A DNA stretch of 64,000 nucleotides from Octopus sinensis (taxonomy: Eukaryota), in contig NC_043007.1 in NCBI RefSeq assembly GCF_006345805.1, forward strand, positions 32,550,001 to 32,614,000. The letters are read 5' to 3'. Positions 36,234 to 51,085 of the stretch are shown here, piece after piece. The position numbers and the translations under genes are program-made. How positions within the stretch are numbered: position 1 is the stretch's first letter; each line of letters begins with the position of its first letter. The notes below the pieces were generated by a model. The model had not been told where the DNA came from and did no database searches. It saw only the letters and a program-made list of their open reading frames with translations.

Positions 36234-37545
36234 AATTTCATTTATACATGCATATGTATATCTGCATTTACACAAGTATATACATATATACCCATATATT
36301 TATGCATGCACATTCATACACACACACAAACAAATATATACACGACCACGCATTCACATATGCATATCTATCTATCTATCTGTCTCTATACACATGTGAC
36401 ATACACGTGTATACACAGATTGTACAAACAGAGGCCTAATTACACAATTATAAATCATGTACACGTATGTGCATAGGCATACACGAGAGCAATATACACA
36501 AACACGCATATGGCGAGCTTTCTACATACATGAATATGCGATAGATTTACGATATTTGCTTCTTTATCTGTCATGCCCCCCCCCTCACCTGCTTTGAATG
36601 GCCACAGCTCATGTGGGGTAGGTGCAAAATATTAACAACGTTCCAGAGAAAACATAAAGGCTAAGGAATTCATGTTTTTTTTTTTCTTCCTTTTCTTTTA
36701 ATCATAATTCAGTCTCATGTCAGCGAAGACTTTCTATGTATTTACTTGTCCTACATTCCTCGCAATATTGGCCACTGCTTACCCTGCAGTCATCATCCCC
36801 TTGTGCTCGCTGAATAATATAAAGGTGTCGCCTATGTCAACCAGTTTCACGTGTACGTATTGTGCGCGCACACACACACACACACGTCAATAGGGGTTGA
36901 GGAAGAAATACATCAGAGAACGTTCTTCATATCTCTGTGTGTGTGTTAATTGTTCCTAAAAAACTCATATGCAACTTGTGAAAAATTATCAATGCTGTGC
37001 TATGGGTCAGGCTTTACTTATACACACACCTAAGCTTATAAATTCATTTATTAGATACTTAGCAAATATAATTTTGCACGTAAATTCTCACTTTGTCCCT
37101 TATGTGTATGAGTGTGTGTGTAGTGTCATAGTGTAATTTCTCTGTCTTTATTTTACAAAGTTAAAAAACACGCTGGTACATAGGGAATTTTATCATAATC
37201 TATAATTTGAATAAATACAACGTATTCTAAATATTAACTGCTTGACATTGAAAATTACAGTTAGAGCAATTTAATCAGAGTCAGTTTTAAACCTTTAGAC
37301 AGTAACAAGTCTTCACTTTTGATAAGGTTTATTGTGGATGATGAATGAAGGAGGCTAAATTTTGACTTGACACAAACTAATATCATTTTCGGTTTTTTTT
37401 TTAAGAATATTATGTTGCTACAAATTAATGCAACAATTCTCATCGCCTAAAACTAATTGAAAATATTCTCAATCTTCGAAATATTACATCGTCTGAAAAT
37501 CTTTGAATTAATAACAAAAGCAGAAAAAAATTCACTTTAAAGTGA

Positions 37546-37770
37546 TGTATGAAAATAGAACTCTCTTAAATCATTATAATATATGTGTGTGTGTATAATA
37601 TATACACACACAGGCATACACATGCATATATATATATATATACACATGTATATATACATGTATGAAAATAGAATTCTCTTAAATCATAAATATGTATGCG
37701 TGTGTGTGTATATATATATATATACAGACAGGCATACACATGCATATATATACACACATGTATACATACA
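37546..37770. repeat. Tandem duplication, ~112 bp period
   Basis: ATGTATGAAAATAGAA(C/T)TCTCTTAAATCAT occurs twice with microsatellite spacers. Confidence 0.85.
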
Positions 37771-38177
37771 TGTACACACTATGTTATATGTTTTTAAAGT
37801 GTTGAAAGAGAACTTCTGTTGGTATGAAGCAAGAATTTAAAATGTTGGTTTTTCGACAAGGAAACCACTTTGTGTTCGACCTCTACTTTTAAACTCGTAT
37901 TTAAAATATGAAAGATTTTTTTTTTCTCCACTCAACAACTGACGTCGGTTAAAATAACAAAATAAAAACACTAGTGAACCTTGGATCTCCTACATTTAGT
38001 TATCTGGGTCATGCAAGGTCTAAAACAGTGAAAAGGGAGTGAGTAAAAGAAAACTTGTCAAGAGAGAGAAAGAAATTGAGGTTACTACTAAGAGAAGAAG
38101 AAAAAAAAACTGTTGGGAAGAACTGAAGTTAAGAGAAATAAAAGACAAAATAAGAAGAAAAAACTCTTTTGACTCAC

Positions 38178-39960
38178 CTTACAGCAAGTCAAATAAATAA
38201 TTTATAGTTTAGTAAACAAAACAATTATTTACACAAGTAAGGTTAGTGCGAGATTAGTGAAAAATCTTTATAATAAAATAAAACCAATTCGTTTTTCAAC
38301 CAAGATTACTATTTTTAACTATGAAAAAATTGACATTCATAGAAGCAAAAATCTTTAAAACTCCACAGAGAGTTGGCTTGAAATATAATTGAAATCAGAA
38401 TTTGATTGTTATTTTATTTATTTAACGGACAAAAAAAAATAAATTGGGTTTGAATCTAGTTTTTCCAAAGTGTTGTTAGTTTTTATGAACCATGATGTTC
38501 GCTGCCGACTATTTTAGCATTAATTCTTGCTTTGCCGACTGCAATATGTCAGGCAGCCACCACAAGCCAGCTCCTCCTTTGCCAAAATTTTATTGTTGGC
38601 TGGTTTCGAAGAGAGAGAGGTTTGTTGTTGCCTGAGTTTTAAAGTGTGGAGTATGTATGTAGCTCGGTTGCAACAAGTAAAAACGAACGGTGGTCAGCAA
38701 GTGTTGAGAAGAAGGTAAGCAACTATTCTCAAGTTTGCAGTGACCCACTTTAGAAAATGTTGTGGCAGAATAAACACCACTTCCAACCATGTGAACTTTT
38801 CATCGTTTGTCACATCACTGCGCAACCACCGACATCATTTCACATCAGTCTGTGCCCATTTAATTAATATTTAGTCAGTGTGCTCATTTCATAAGTACAC
38901 TAAACTATTTTTCATTATATATTTATTTATTTATAAAAAAACTCTCCCTGTCAGCTTTCTTCTTCTCGACCCACACCGAACTGACAACAACAATATATTC
39001 AACAAGTTCGCCACCAACTTTTAAGTCTCTCTCTCTCCCTAATAACTTACAAAAACCAAAATCAAATTTCCATTTTCTTCACTTTCCCAACATTTCTCCA
39101 ACATCATTTTAACATTTGACAAAAAAAAACCTCAACTTTTTTTATATAATAATTAAAAAAATTAAACTGAAATCGTATTAAATTTTTACGACTAAATTTT
39201 TCCAAAAAAAAACAAAACAAAAGTAAAAATCCTTCCCCTATTTCTCACTGAAGGTTAATCAGATGTCAATGATAAACGGGGAAATATATAAAATATACGC
39301 AAATATATTAAAGAAAAAGCTTGTCAGAACTAGATGAGTGGAAACACGATGAAACCACCATTTTATTTGAAAAAAAAAACATAGGTTTTAGTGATGGAGT
39401 CGTCCGTTAATTCGTTGAACTGAGATGAAAATAGTGCCACCACTACACACACCAGTATCTACAAGTAGTAACTAACAACCAACTAAAACGGGAATAGACC
39501 CGACGTAGATGAAGAAATAAATCAAAAGTCCCCTCCCTCGTTTTTTTATTACCCGAAAAAAAATCATGGAACAACTCAATTAAGAGAGGCAAGTGCCCCT
39601 CGCTGCAGACTTCGAAGGCTAATAAACAAAAAACAACAATAATAGTAATAAATCTAGACTAGAAACGAAGGAATATTTGGTGTGGAAGAGTGAAGAGAGG
39701 TATTATGGGGTTTGTTGTTTTGATATAGAGCAAGTGGAATGAGAGAGAGAGAGAGGAGTATGTGTTTGTGTGAGACAGGCTGTTTGGAGAGAGAAAAGTT
39801 AAAATGGAGCAGAGGTTGTTGCTGACAGTAGTGGTAGTGGTGATAGTTATAGTGGTGATGGTAGTAGTAAAGGCTAGTAGTAGTAGTAGTCGTCGTCGTC
39901 GTGGTGATGGTGGTGGTAGTAGTAGTAGTAAAACACCTGATGTTTACGAGATAGGAAGAT
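38178..39960 (-). promoter_or_regulatory. Candidate long non-coding first exon / promoter of minus-strand gene
   Basis: Consensus donor AAG|GTGAGT at 38178. CpG-containing unique sequence with no long ORF. CT-rich minisatellite upstream. Confidence 0.45.
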
Positions 39961-40004
39961 ATTAAAGTCGCTTCTCCCTCCGCCTTTCTCAGTTATTCTA
40001 TCTC

Positions 40005-40275
40005 TTTCTCAACCTACCCCTCCCTCTACATATATATCTCTCTCTTCATCTCTTTCTTTCTCAAACTCCTCTCCCTCTATATATATCTCTCTCTTCATCT
40101 CTTTCTTTCTCAAACTCCTCTCCCTCTATATATATATCTCTCTCTTCACCTCTCTTTCTTTCAACAACATACCCCTCCATCTATATCTTTCACATCCCCC
40201 TCCCTCTATATCTATATCTCTCTTCACCTCTCTTTCTTTCACAACATCCCCCTCCCTCTATCTCTCTCTCTCTCT
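40005..40275. repeat. CT-rich minisatellite, ~45 bp units
   Basis: Repeated CCCTCTATATATATCTCTCTCTTCA(T/C)CTCT. Confidence 0.85.
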
Positions 40276-42149
40276 CTTTCTGTGCCTCGTCGAAAGTGAA
40301 TTTTGACAATCAGCCCAGTTCAACTTTCCTCATCAACAATAATAATAATAATAGCAGCAGTAATAAACAGTAATAATAATAACAATACTAATAAATTCCC
40401 ACCAAATTAATGTAATAATCGTCGTGAAAACGTGCAAGCTTCGGCTTCGAAACTGGTCTACATGTTGTGCACAAGTTTACAACAAGCGACATTCAATATC
40501 TCTTTATCGAATAACATCACATTTATCGTCAATAAAAACATTACACACACACACACACACAGACATCTCCATCAATGGGACAAGTATCGAAGTCTTTACT
40601 GTTTATTCTAAGATTTTGAGATGTTGCACGATGCCAACATCGAGCGAAAGGAACTTGACAATTAAAGTGAAACAATAGAGTGCGCGAAAACTAGGAACAA
40701 TATTTAATTAGTGTTTCGTCAGTGAAATTATTAATTGGTCGAGGTGTTTTTCTTTCGAGAAAAGAAGCGTAAATCTTACAAGTTTGACCTGAATAATAAA
40801 TCTCTTCTTAAATGATTTATTAGTAGAGTAACGGGGTAATATTTTCAGGAATACAAGTGGAATAGCTGTTCTAACGATGCCAAGAGAGGTGGCAACATAT
40901 ATTTTATTTTAAACCCCTGCGAAAACTACATTTATGGTGTTCAGTTCTTGTGGAAATCTTTGAAAGCATCGCTCTATTCTTGAGAAATGTTCAAGAAAAA
41001 CTATTTCGAAAAGCATCTTCAACGCTTCACTGATGTTTCTTCAATACAAACAGAAAATTTTAAAAGGATGGCACCAGCTAAAAAGAAACAACACACCGAC
41101 GTGGAGGGTTGGTTGGTTGCAGTGAAGGATTTTTTTTATAAATAAAAATATATATATATATATATAGATCTTGTAAGACAATGAAGCCCCGTAATATTTT
41201 CTCATCAAAATCTTCGCTGTGAGTAGGATGATTGTAGAAAAATAGTCAAACAGTGAAATAAAACAGTTTTTCGGCTTCCATATCTAGAGATAACAGTTCT
41301 TGCGAAACAGTTTTAATTAAGGATTAGGAGAAGGAAATTTAACGATTCAACAAGAATGAAGATTTTATAAAAGTAATTACTATCATAACTTTGTTGTTCA
41401 TTGGTGGGAAGAAGAGCTTTGTAAAATGATTTTGTTAAAACATAAAACTGAAAGTTATAAGAAACAAATTAGCTCTGATTGTAAACCAGATGTCAAGAAA
41501 TGGCCGCATCATGGAAATTTTCTAACCTTTCTGAGTTTCTTCTCTCACATCAGCATCGAGAAGTTGAAATTCGATAGGAAAGAGGATATAATAAGTCAGT
41601 TTGAAGAAGGGAACGGGTCGAACGTATTTTATTCTGTTAGTAAATTAGGAAACTTTGGAAGATTTCGGTTTCGTTTTAAAATGGAAAGAGAAATTCTGGC
41701 AAATGTTGATGTTGAAAAACAGCAGGCTGCGACACGTAGGAAGTGAGTGGGAGATACGTGACAGAAAGTCGAGGATAAAAGCAGTTGGTTTTAGGTCTAC
41801 AAACGAAAAATTAGACAGCGCAAGAAGAAATATAGTCATGTAGGAGAGCAGGAATGAAATTACTAACGATGCCATGATCCAGAGTCGACGAAACAAGTTA
41901 CAACTACAAGAGGAGGGATGCCTCTTAATGCCATACAAGACATCGATCTTAGATGCTTAAATGGTGTTTCAGGGAGGGAAAAAAAGCCGTTTGTGTACAT
42001 ATATATAAGTGTGTATTTACATATGTGATTAGATACACATCTGGAGATGAGAGAAAATTACGATTAAGGAAGACAATTAATTAAAAGAAAAAAAATTAAA
42101 GATAGACGTGAGGGTGTGCATAAGTAGCCACATGTATATATATATATGT

Positions 42150-42473
42150 GTGTATATATGTTAGAAGTATTTTGGGGGTGATGGACAGATTTAATATTTA
42201 TGAAAGAAAAAGGTGTTCAGAATGCTGGATGGTTGGAAAAATACATATTTATTTACCTATCACATATTATTTCTTCATATTAGCGCTCTCAACTCCTCCT
42301 GTAGTTATAGATGTGTATATATATATATGTGTATATATGTTGGAAGTATTGAGGGTGATGGACAGATTTCAGACATATGAAAGAAAAAGGTGCTCAGAAT
42401 GCTGGATGGTTGAAAAATATGTATTTATTTACCTATCACATATTATTTCTTCATATTAGCGCTCTCAACTCCT
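42150..42473. repeat. Tandem duplication, 179 bp period
   Basis: Two copies of GAAGTATT..GGTGATGGACAGATTT..GCGCTCTCAACTCCT. Confidence 0.9.
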
Positions 42474-42702
42474 GTATATATACATATATGTGTGTGTGTC
42501 TGTGTGTGTTGGTGCAGCAAAGCAACATCAGAATGGAACAAACAACATCTTTAGGCTAACAGTCAATATTAGTGAATAAGACGAATCGAAGTGAGAAAGC
42601 TATGTGGTTAGCACGATTCTAGAATGCAATGTGTTAATTGAGAAAGAGAAGGCTGGAGCTAAGAAAAAGGCTGAGAAAAGTAGAAGAAACAAATAACATT
42701 AC

Positions 42703-43050
42703 CTCCCATCTGGTCAGCGCCATATTAGACAAGTAACGATTACCCAGCATGCATTGCGCCTCGAAGACGACGACCAAGAAAGAGCGACTTGGCTTTTTCG
42801 GCTGGCTTTGGCCAAACTTCATCACTGAAAAACGCACCGTCTCCTCGTCAAGCGCAAACCCACAGCTAGTAGATTACGATTGCTAAATAAAAATCCAACT
42901 CACCATTTTACAAAGTCATCTCTGATTTTAAAGCGAGGGGATTTTTTTTTCTTCTTAACTCTCTCTCTGCTACTGTGTGGATTCCGGAAGTACGGCTTTT
43001 AATGTCGTGTAATTCGGGAAGGTGGAATGAAAGACACTGTTCGCGCAGAA
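42703..43050 (-). promoter_or_regulatory. CpG-rich promoter-like island with candidate first exon
   Basis: ETS/GABP-type CCGGAAGT near 42985, locally high CpG, and donor GAG|GTAATG at 42703 after ATGGCGCTGACCAGATGGGAG. Confidence 0.45.
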
Positions 43051-45184
43051 AATAAAACTTTTTTTTTCATTATTATTATTACCATTAGTGTTGCAAACAA
43101 TTTCTCACAGTATATTAAAAGAACGTTTCTAACTAACAGCATTTCTGTGTTAATTTTTTTTTAATTCTGCCATTGAATTTCCAAATAAAGAAAAGCCACA
43201 TTTCAATACACATGCGAACGGGCTGACTATATAAACAGACATTTCTCCAGACCACCACTAAATAGATGAATACACACATACACACTACATATACTATATA
43301 TATATATGTATATATAAATATGTAGGATTAGTTATAAAATCAGGGTCCACATGATGATTTTTATGTGTTAAATATTGATGAAACACCTAAAAATAAATAT
43401 ACAGATATTAAAAACTGAATAAATTACAATTATTAGTGTTAGCTCTTAGCCATGAAGAGTTAAGTTTAAGACTCGAAAATGCCTCGTATGGCTAGAATTT
43501 TTAGAATTGGTCCCCTCCCCTACTCGCCTCACCATATCAAACACATACGACGTGTATTGGCATGCCTTACATGCATGGATATTTACATACACTCACACTG
43601 AGCGAAAATTTATGCATAAAATATCTGTAGTTTGGTGTATGTGTGTGTCTGGAATAAATGTCTCTCTCTATATTGTGTCTTGGGAAAACATCTATCTCTC
43701 TCTCTGTCTACATACACACATACATGTACACACGCACAGCACAATAACAAATTGAGCAGAGCTTCAATCTAAATTAGGTTTTGGTTATTCATTTCTCAAA
43801 CAAATCTTGGGAAGTGTTAGTTTGAAATTTAACCCGAACATAAGACATTATAATATATATGCACACACGTTATATATATGTGTATATATAATGTAGAAGG
43901 TTATATATATAATGTAGAAGGTTTTATATATATATAATGGACTGTGATTCTAGCTTTTATTTTCTGACTTGTTGCCGACCTCAACAGAAAGATTTCGAAT
44001 GTTGCCTGCAGGAAATCATGAAATGGTTGTAGTTCAACCAAAGATTAGATTACTGCCATGTTTACTTTTCAAATTGTAACTATAATTAGTGTTATGATGA
44101 TAGGAACTGTAAGAATACAAATAATGATTTTTTTTATATCTATGATCAAAGCCAACATTTATAAAGAAGTTGTATAGACGAATCCATTTATTTAGTGATG
44201 TTAATGATACATGCTTCATCGACCGCGGAATGATGAAATTCAAAATCTGCTCCGGTGGGATTTGAACTCGAAACATCGAGAGCACTAAATTGATACCATG
44301 AAGCCTCTTGGCTGACTTCGTCTGTTCTTACATTGGCATAAAAGTTTATATGTTCAATTCAATTGGGAGTTAGTGGATGAAGGAATGCCCGTGCATTTTC
44401 CCAAGCAATTAAATGGTTAGGTGAATCAAAATGATTAACTGCTATTTGTGACAAGAAGATGATTTTTTTGATTGTCGAGAAGCTTGCTTTAACATGTAGG
44501 CCACTCGTTAGTGATGCTGCTTAATGGAAGGACCGAATCGTTGCAGTATATCACTGATACTTTCATTGACCTTCGAAGGCTGAAAGAATTGGTAGTTGAA
44601 AGAAAGGAGACAGGTATTTATTTAAGACGTTAAGTGAGGCCACTACAAAACAGGAATCACGAATGGAAGTTAATTCCGTTCTACTATGAACAGAAGACTA
44701 CAACTAGTTTGCCACAATAATGATAACGATGAGTTCAGCTAGAAAGCCGCCTCCCAAGGTCCTTGAAGCATACAAAATGCAGAAAGGAGACTGCATAATT
44801 GAACAACGTACATAATATTGAAAGTATTGACGTATCTAGTCATTAAGCTTTACTGTGGTACCTGCAGATAGAGTCTTGTTCAGACGAACATCAATTCACC
44901 AGAATTAATAAGAAAATATTGATAATCAGTAAAAAAGAAGGTAGAATAAAAGAAATGAACAATAGCAACATTAATGATTTCTGTTGTGCAAGGCCACACG
45001 TTTCTAAGAAGGTGGAGAGATTTCCAACTAATTGATCTCAAGATGTGCCAGGTATTATTTATTGGCTTGAGAATGTTGAAAGGCAATGTCAGTTAACTGT
45101 ATGATTTTTAACCCTGCATAGAGAGTGGTGGAATTAAATTCTGCAAAGCATTCCACCATTTCTGCTTTAAGAAAGCCTCTGCGC

Positions 45185-45700
45185 GTTCGTTCGACTTACT
45201 AGAAATAACAGCCAGTCTCCCTCAAATCATACCTTGTTGTCTCAAGTAAGAAAAAGAAGCATTAGATAATGTAATTTTACTCACCACAGATAAAATGGGG
45301 AGGTCAAGGCCGAAATGTCTTTCATTTTAGTGGATACTGCAGCAAACGTGGAAGCTTCGATGTGGTCGTTCGACCTGCTAGAAATGACAATCAAATCTCC
45401 CTCAAATCATACTTTATTTTTGAAAAATGGAAGGCACAATGGAGAACGTAGTCTTTGACATAATACATCATAAACTAAGACGTGATGGTCATGCGTGGCA
45501 AGCTTTTGATCAGAGTTGACCTGGAGCTAAATAACGTCAAAGTGGAAGCCTCTTCTATATGGTTGATCTGCAGAAATAACAACCAAATTCCCTCAAATTA
45601 CACTGTACTGCCTTAAGAAAAATTTATTAGAAAAAGCAATCCTAGATACATAGAACAAAAGGGACAGCTACTTTTGGATTGACCTGGAGGTAAACAAGAG
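45185..45700. repeat. Three diverged tandem copies of a ~185 bp repeat
   Basis: CTAGAAATAACA.CCA..TCTCCCTCAAAT recurs at ~45200, 45375 and 45570. Confidence 0.6.
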
Positions 45701-46309
45701 AAATCGGCCAAATCCCCAGCCACAAGCTCCCAAATGACTTAAAAGAATAGAATGAAATTCGCATCCAGCAATGAAGTCATAAATATTATTTCAATTCCAA
45801 GATGGAGTGCACACTCCATTTCTGGAAGGTTCCAATAGCTATTTTAAGTTTTTCTATGACAAAAAGGTTGGGTCCAACGTTTCTGTATTTTTGAGAAAGG
45901 GATGCTGTCTATAGTACCTCATAACTGTTTTTTCAAAGCACCACCTTGCACATAAAAAACACCATTTGAGCATGGCCATTGCCAGTACCACCTGACTAGC
46001 CCTCATGCTGGTGGCACGTAAAAGCACCCACTACTTCTGAAAGAGAAAGTGAGAGACAATGTTTGAGTAGTATTTTATCAACCCTGGAAGAATGAAATAC
46101 AACATTGATCTCAGTGGAATCTGAACCCAGAAAGTAGAGAACCAGAACAAATAATCTTTTCTGCTGCAGGCACAAGGCCTGAAATTTTGGGAGAGAGGAC
46201 TATTTGCTTACATTGACCCCAGTACACAGCTGGTATTTGCGCCAATTGTAGGATCTTGACAAATGGTATAAGAAGATTAAGCAAAGCGATTAACTACTAA
46301 AGGTAATTG

Positions 46310-46630
46310 GCACTGGCTCGCCATTGGTTATAACGATGAGCATTGCAGTTGATCCGACCAATGGAACAGCCTGCTTATGAAATTTACATGCAAGTGACTG
46401 AGTACTCCACAGATATGGATACTCTTAACTTAGTTCTGAGGGAGATTCAGCATGACACAGAATATGTCAAGGCTGGCCCTTTGAAATACAAGTACTACTT
46501 AATTTTGCTAGCCGAGTTGACTGGAGCAACGTGAAATAAAGTGTCTTGCTCAAGGGCATAATGCACCACAGGTTATTGAACTCATGACCTTATGATTATG
46601 AGCCGAGAGCCTTGACCACTAAGCCATGCA
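46310..46630 (-). mobile_element. SINE family E (GCTGGCCCTTTGAAATACA / GTGTCTTGCTCAAGG)
   Basis: Homologous to 53030-53355 and partly to 62400-62480. A related element lies at 46690-47010. Confidence 0.7.
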
Positions 46631-47039
46631 CCTTCACACCCCTACAGATAGTTTAATCAGAAAAGAAGAAAATTCCCATTTAACCAGCCTGTTATGGACA
46701 GTGAGAATGCTGAAAAGTGCAGTAGAGATCTCGTATAAATATCAGATAAAGGGTAAAGACTCCCTTCGGTCAAGAATGACCATGGGATCACACCTAGAAA
46801 GTTCCCCTCTGAGGCACAAGTCCGGGCAAGGTTGTTTATGGAAGAACAGCAGTTGCCCATGCATATCAGCCTCCCCTCTCATTACCGCCAATGTTATCCA
46901 AGGGAAACGCAAGGGCCGATACAGCTTGGCACCAGTGATGTCACAACTCATTTCTACAGCCAAGTGAATTGGAGTGACATGAAAATAAAGTATCTTGCTC
47001 AAGAACACAACACATAGCCTTCCCCTTTTTTGCCTTACC

Positions 47040-47245
47040 TGTTTTGTCCACTACCTTTTCCAATGTATGTTGGTACCAAGTATCCGTAACCTCATATCCA
47101 TACTTACAGCATAGTAGCCAGTGGAGGTTTGGGGCTTCTTTGTTGTGTCTACACTTGTACTCTTTCTGTGCAAGACTTTCACAAGCACTAACAATGTGAG
47201 TCACACTTTCATCTCTCTTCCCACACATTCTGCAGAGATCTGATG
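47040..47245 (-). mobile_element. R4/Dong-type (RLE-clade) non-LTR retrotransposon C-terminal relic
   Basis: CRMCGKRDESVTHIVSAC..LAQKEYKCRHN...LHWLLCCKYG....WYQH: CCHC knuckle plus RHN motif. Confidence 0.75.
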
Positions 47246-48180
47246 CATTATTATAGGGTGGTGAGCTGCTAGAATCATTAACACACTGGACAAAATTCTT
47301 AGTGACATTTTGCCCATTTCTACATTCTGAGTTCAAATTCTACCAAGGTCGATAAATTAAGTACCAGTGAAACACCGGGGATCAATGTAACCAACTCATC
47401 CCCTCCTCCAAAATTTCAAGCCTTGTACCTATTAAGTAGAAAGGATTGTTATTATTATTTTCTTTCGTTGGACACTAAACTCTGCTTGTGAAGATCTGTT
47501 GAGGCAAGTGAAATCGAAATCGAAATCAGACTCGATGACTGGTATCTGTGCTAGTGGAGCACTAAGAGCACCATCCCAGCGTGATCGTTGCCAGAGCAGC
47601 TAACTGGCTTCCATGCCGGTGGCACGTAAAAAGCACCATTCGAGCGTGATTGTTACCAGCATCGCCTTGCTGGCGCATGAAAAGACATTCGAGCGAGGTC
47701 GTTGCCAGTGCCACTGGACTGGCTCCTGTGCAGGCGGCACGTAAAAAACACCATTTGAGCATGCCAGTACCGCATGACTGGCCCTTGTGCCGGTGGCATG
47801 TAAAAGTACCCACTACACTCCGGAGCAGTTGGCATTAGGAGGGGCATCCAGCTGTAGAAACATTGCTAGATCAGATTGGAGTCTGTTGCAGCCACCTGGT
47901 TCGCCAATCCTCAGTCAAATCGTCCAACCCATGCCAGCATGGAAAGCGGATGTTAAACAATGATGATGATGATGATGATTAAGGTAGCAAGCTGGCATAA
48001 TTGGCACACTTGGCAAAATGTTCATTAGCATTTCACCTGTCTTTATGTTCCAAATTCTAATTCCACTGAAATAAACTTTGCTCTTCATCCTTTCAGGAGT
48101 CCATAAAATAAGTACCAGTTGCACACTGGGGTCAATGTAATCAACTAGTCCCCTCCCCACAAATTTTAGGCCTTGTGCCC

Positions 48181-48329
48181 CTAGCGTAGATAGAGTGTGT
48201 GCCGTCTAGGGCAGCCCTTCTGTTTACTGCCCCTGGATCCCACAAAAAATACATATTGTCTACAGCAGACCCAAACATGCCACCCGGGGTGGACCATCCC
48301 TAGAGCCCCCTCCACCCCAGCTACACTAG
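48181..48329. mobile_element. MITE inserted in SINE A tail
   Basis: TIRs CTAGCGTAG / CTACACTAG. Confidence 0.55.
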
Positions 48330-48399
48330 TACCTTGAGCCTATAGTAGAAAGGATTATCATTATTTTGGCTGGGAGGGGCAGGCAATTTTTATTTGTCT

Positions 48400-49199
<800 letters not shown>

Positions 49200-49742
49200 G
49201 GCACGTACAAAGCACCATCTGATCGTGGCCGTTTGCCAGCCTCATCTGGCACCTGTGCCGGTGGCACGTAAAAAGCACCCACTACACTCACAGAGTGGTT
49301 GGCGTTAGGAAGGGCATCCAGCCGTAGAAACACTGCCAGATCAGACTGGAGCCTGGCGCAGCCTCCTGGCTTCCCAGACCCCGGTTGAACCCTCCAACCC
49401 ATGCCAGCATGGAAAGCGGACGCTAAACGATGATGATGATTATTATTATTATTATTATTATTATATTATTATTTTATCACCATCATCATCATCATCATCA
49501 TCACCACCACCACCATCATCATCATCATTATTATTTCGACAACTTGTTACTAAACGTTGAAATGCTGGGTTTTGAGGATTTTCTTGAACCAATATTCCAG
49601 ACAAAAAATTTTTTTTTTCAATTCTTTTCAAGTTCCTTTAATTACATTTGTGTGTTTGTTTCATTTTTCCACCCAAAAAATTCTAAAAGCGACATCTTTC
49701 TATCTGGTGGCCAGTCAACTGTTCTGAATCACACACAAATAC

Positions 49743-50045
49743 CTTGTCTCAACGACTCAAACAGGTGAACAACAAGCAAACAGAAAAATCTTCAAAAATT
49801 AACTTTTTGTAGACAAAAGCATTAATATAGCGTGTAGAGATGACAACATGTCTGTGCTCTTAAACTATTTCCAAAACCAATTTTTTTTAATTTCCTTAGC
49901 ATCATTGACAGTTGAAATTCTCAGTATAACTGCTACTACTATTAAATTCTTCCTCAAAGTTTTCTCTCTCTCTCCATCTTTCACTCATTCTCTTTTGCTC
50001 TCTCTCTCTCTCTCTCTCTTTTACTCTCTCTCTCTCTTTCCATAT
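49743..50045 (-). promoter_or_regulatory. Candidate alternative non-coding first exon
   Basis: Donor AAG|GTATTT at 49743, GA-repeat at the putative 5' end, no ORF. Confidence 0.3.
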
Positions 50046-50590
50046 GCACGTAAATCTGTCTAGTTCTACTTCTCCAACATAAATTACATACATATATCTT
50101 CAAGCTCTTAGTTATCTATCTCTAAGGAAACCACGAAATATGACAACTGTACTCAAAGATTAAACATGGTTACAAATAATTCAACATCATTGAAGTTGTA
50201 GTGACAACTCTATGAAGAATATGTAAAAGTTCAAAAGCTGAATCTTATTCAGAATTCACAAACATAATGCCTTTCATGGACAACTGATTTTAGAAATTCT
50301 CTCCAGGCAAAATAATATGTGTAAAGCAAATCTAACAATGAACATAAAAAACAAATTTCTTCTATATTTGGTATAAACATCAGTCAGTGTTATTTTCTTA
50401 GTGCTACATTTTAGCATTGTTGTTTGGAAAAGAGAAAAGAATAAACAAAAAGAGAATGGGGGAAAAAAAAAGAAGAAAAGATGAGAAATTTAACGTCATA
50501 ATCTTTAGCAGACATACTAACAGAACATGTTAGATGTCCAAGTGATAGGAATATTGTATGTATTTATATACACACAGATATATGTATATC

Positions 50591-50667
<77 letters not shown>

Positions 50668-50703
50668 GTATATATATATGTATATACATATATGCATACA
50701 TAC

Positions 50704-50839
50704 ACACACACACACTTGTATATATAGGTGCATATGTACGTATATATTTGTGTGTGTGTGTATATATATATATGTATATATACACACACACACAAATATA
50801 TACGTACATATGCACCTATATATACAAGTGTGTGTGTGT
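50704..50839. repeat. Near-perfect palindrome inside (CA/TA)n microsatellite field 50560-51050
   Basis: CTTGTATATATAGGTGCATATGTACGTATATATTTG and its exact reverse complement. Confidence 0.9.
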
Positions 50840-51085
50840 ATGTATATATATGTATATATACACATACACACATATATATATAGATAGATAGATACATACA
50901 TTCATATACATGTGTGTGTATGTATGCATATATAAACATATATACACATACACACACACACATATATACACACATATTTATACATACATATACACAAACA
51001 TGTACACATACATACATACATACATATATATATATATACACACACAAACACATTTTTTAATCTTATTTTTTCTTTTATATATATA

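Noticed and set aside
50517-51053. Long ORFs rich in YI/CV/HT (also 16457-16814, 36045-36476, 53925-54665)
   Set aside because: These are translations of (TA)n/(CA)n microsatellites.
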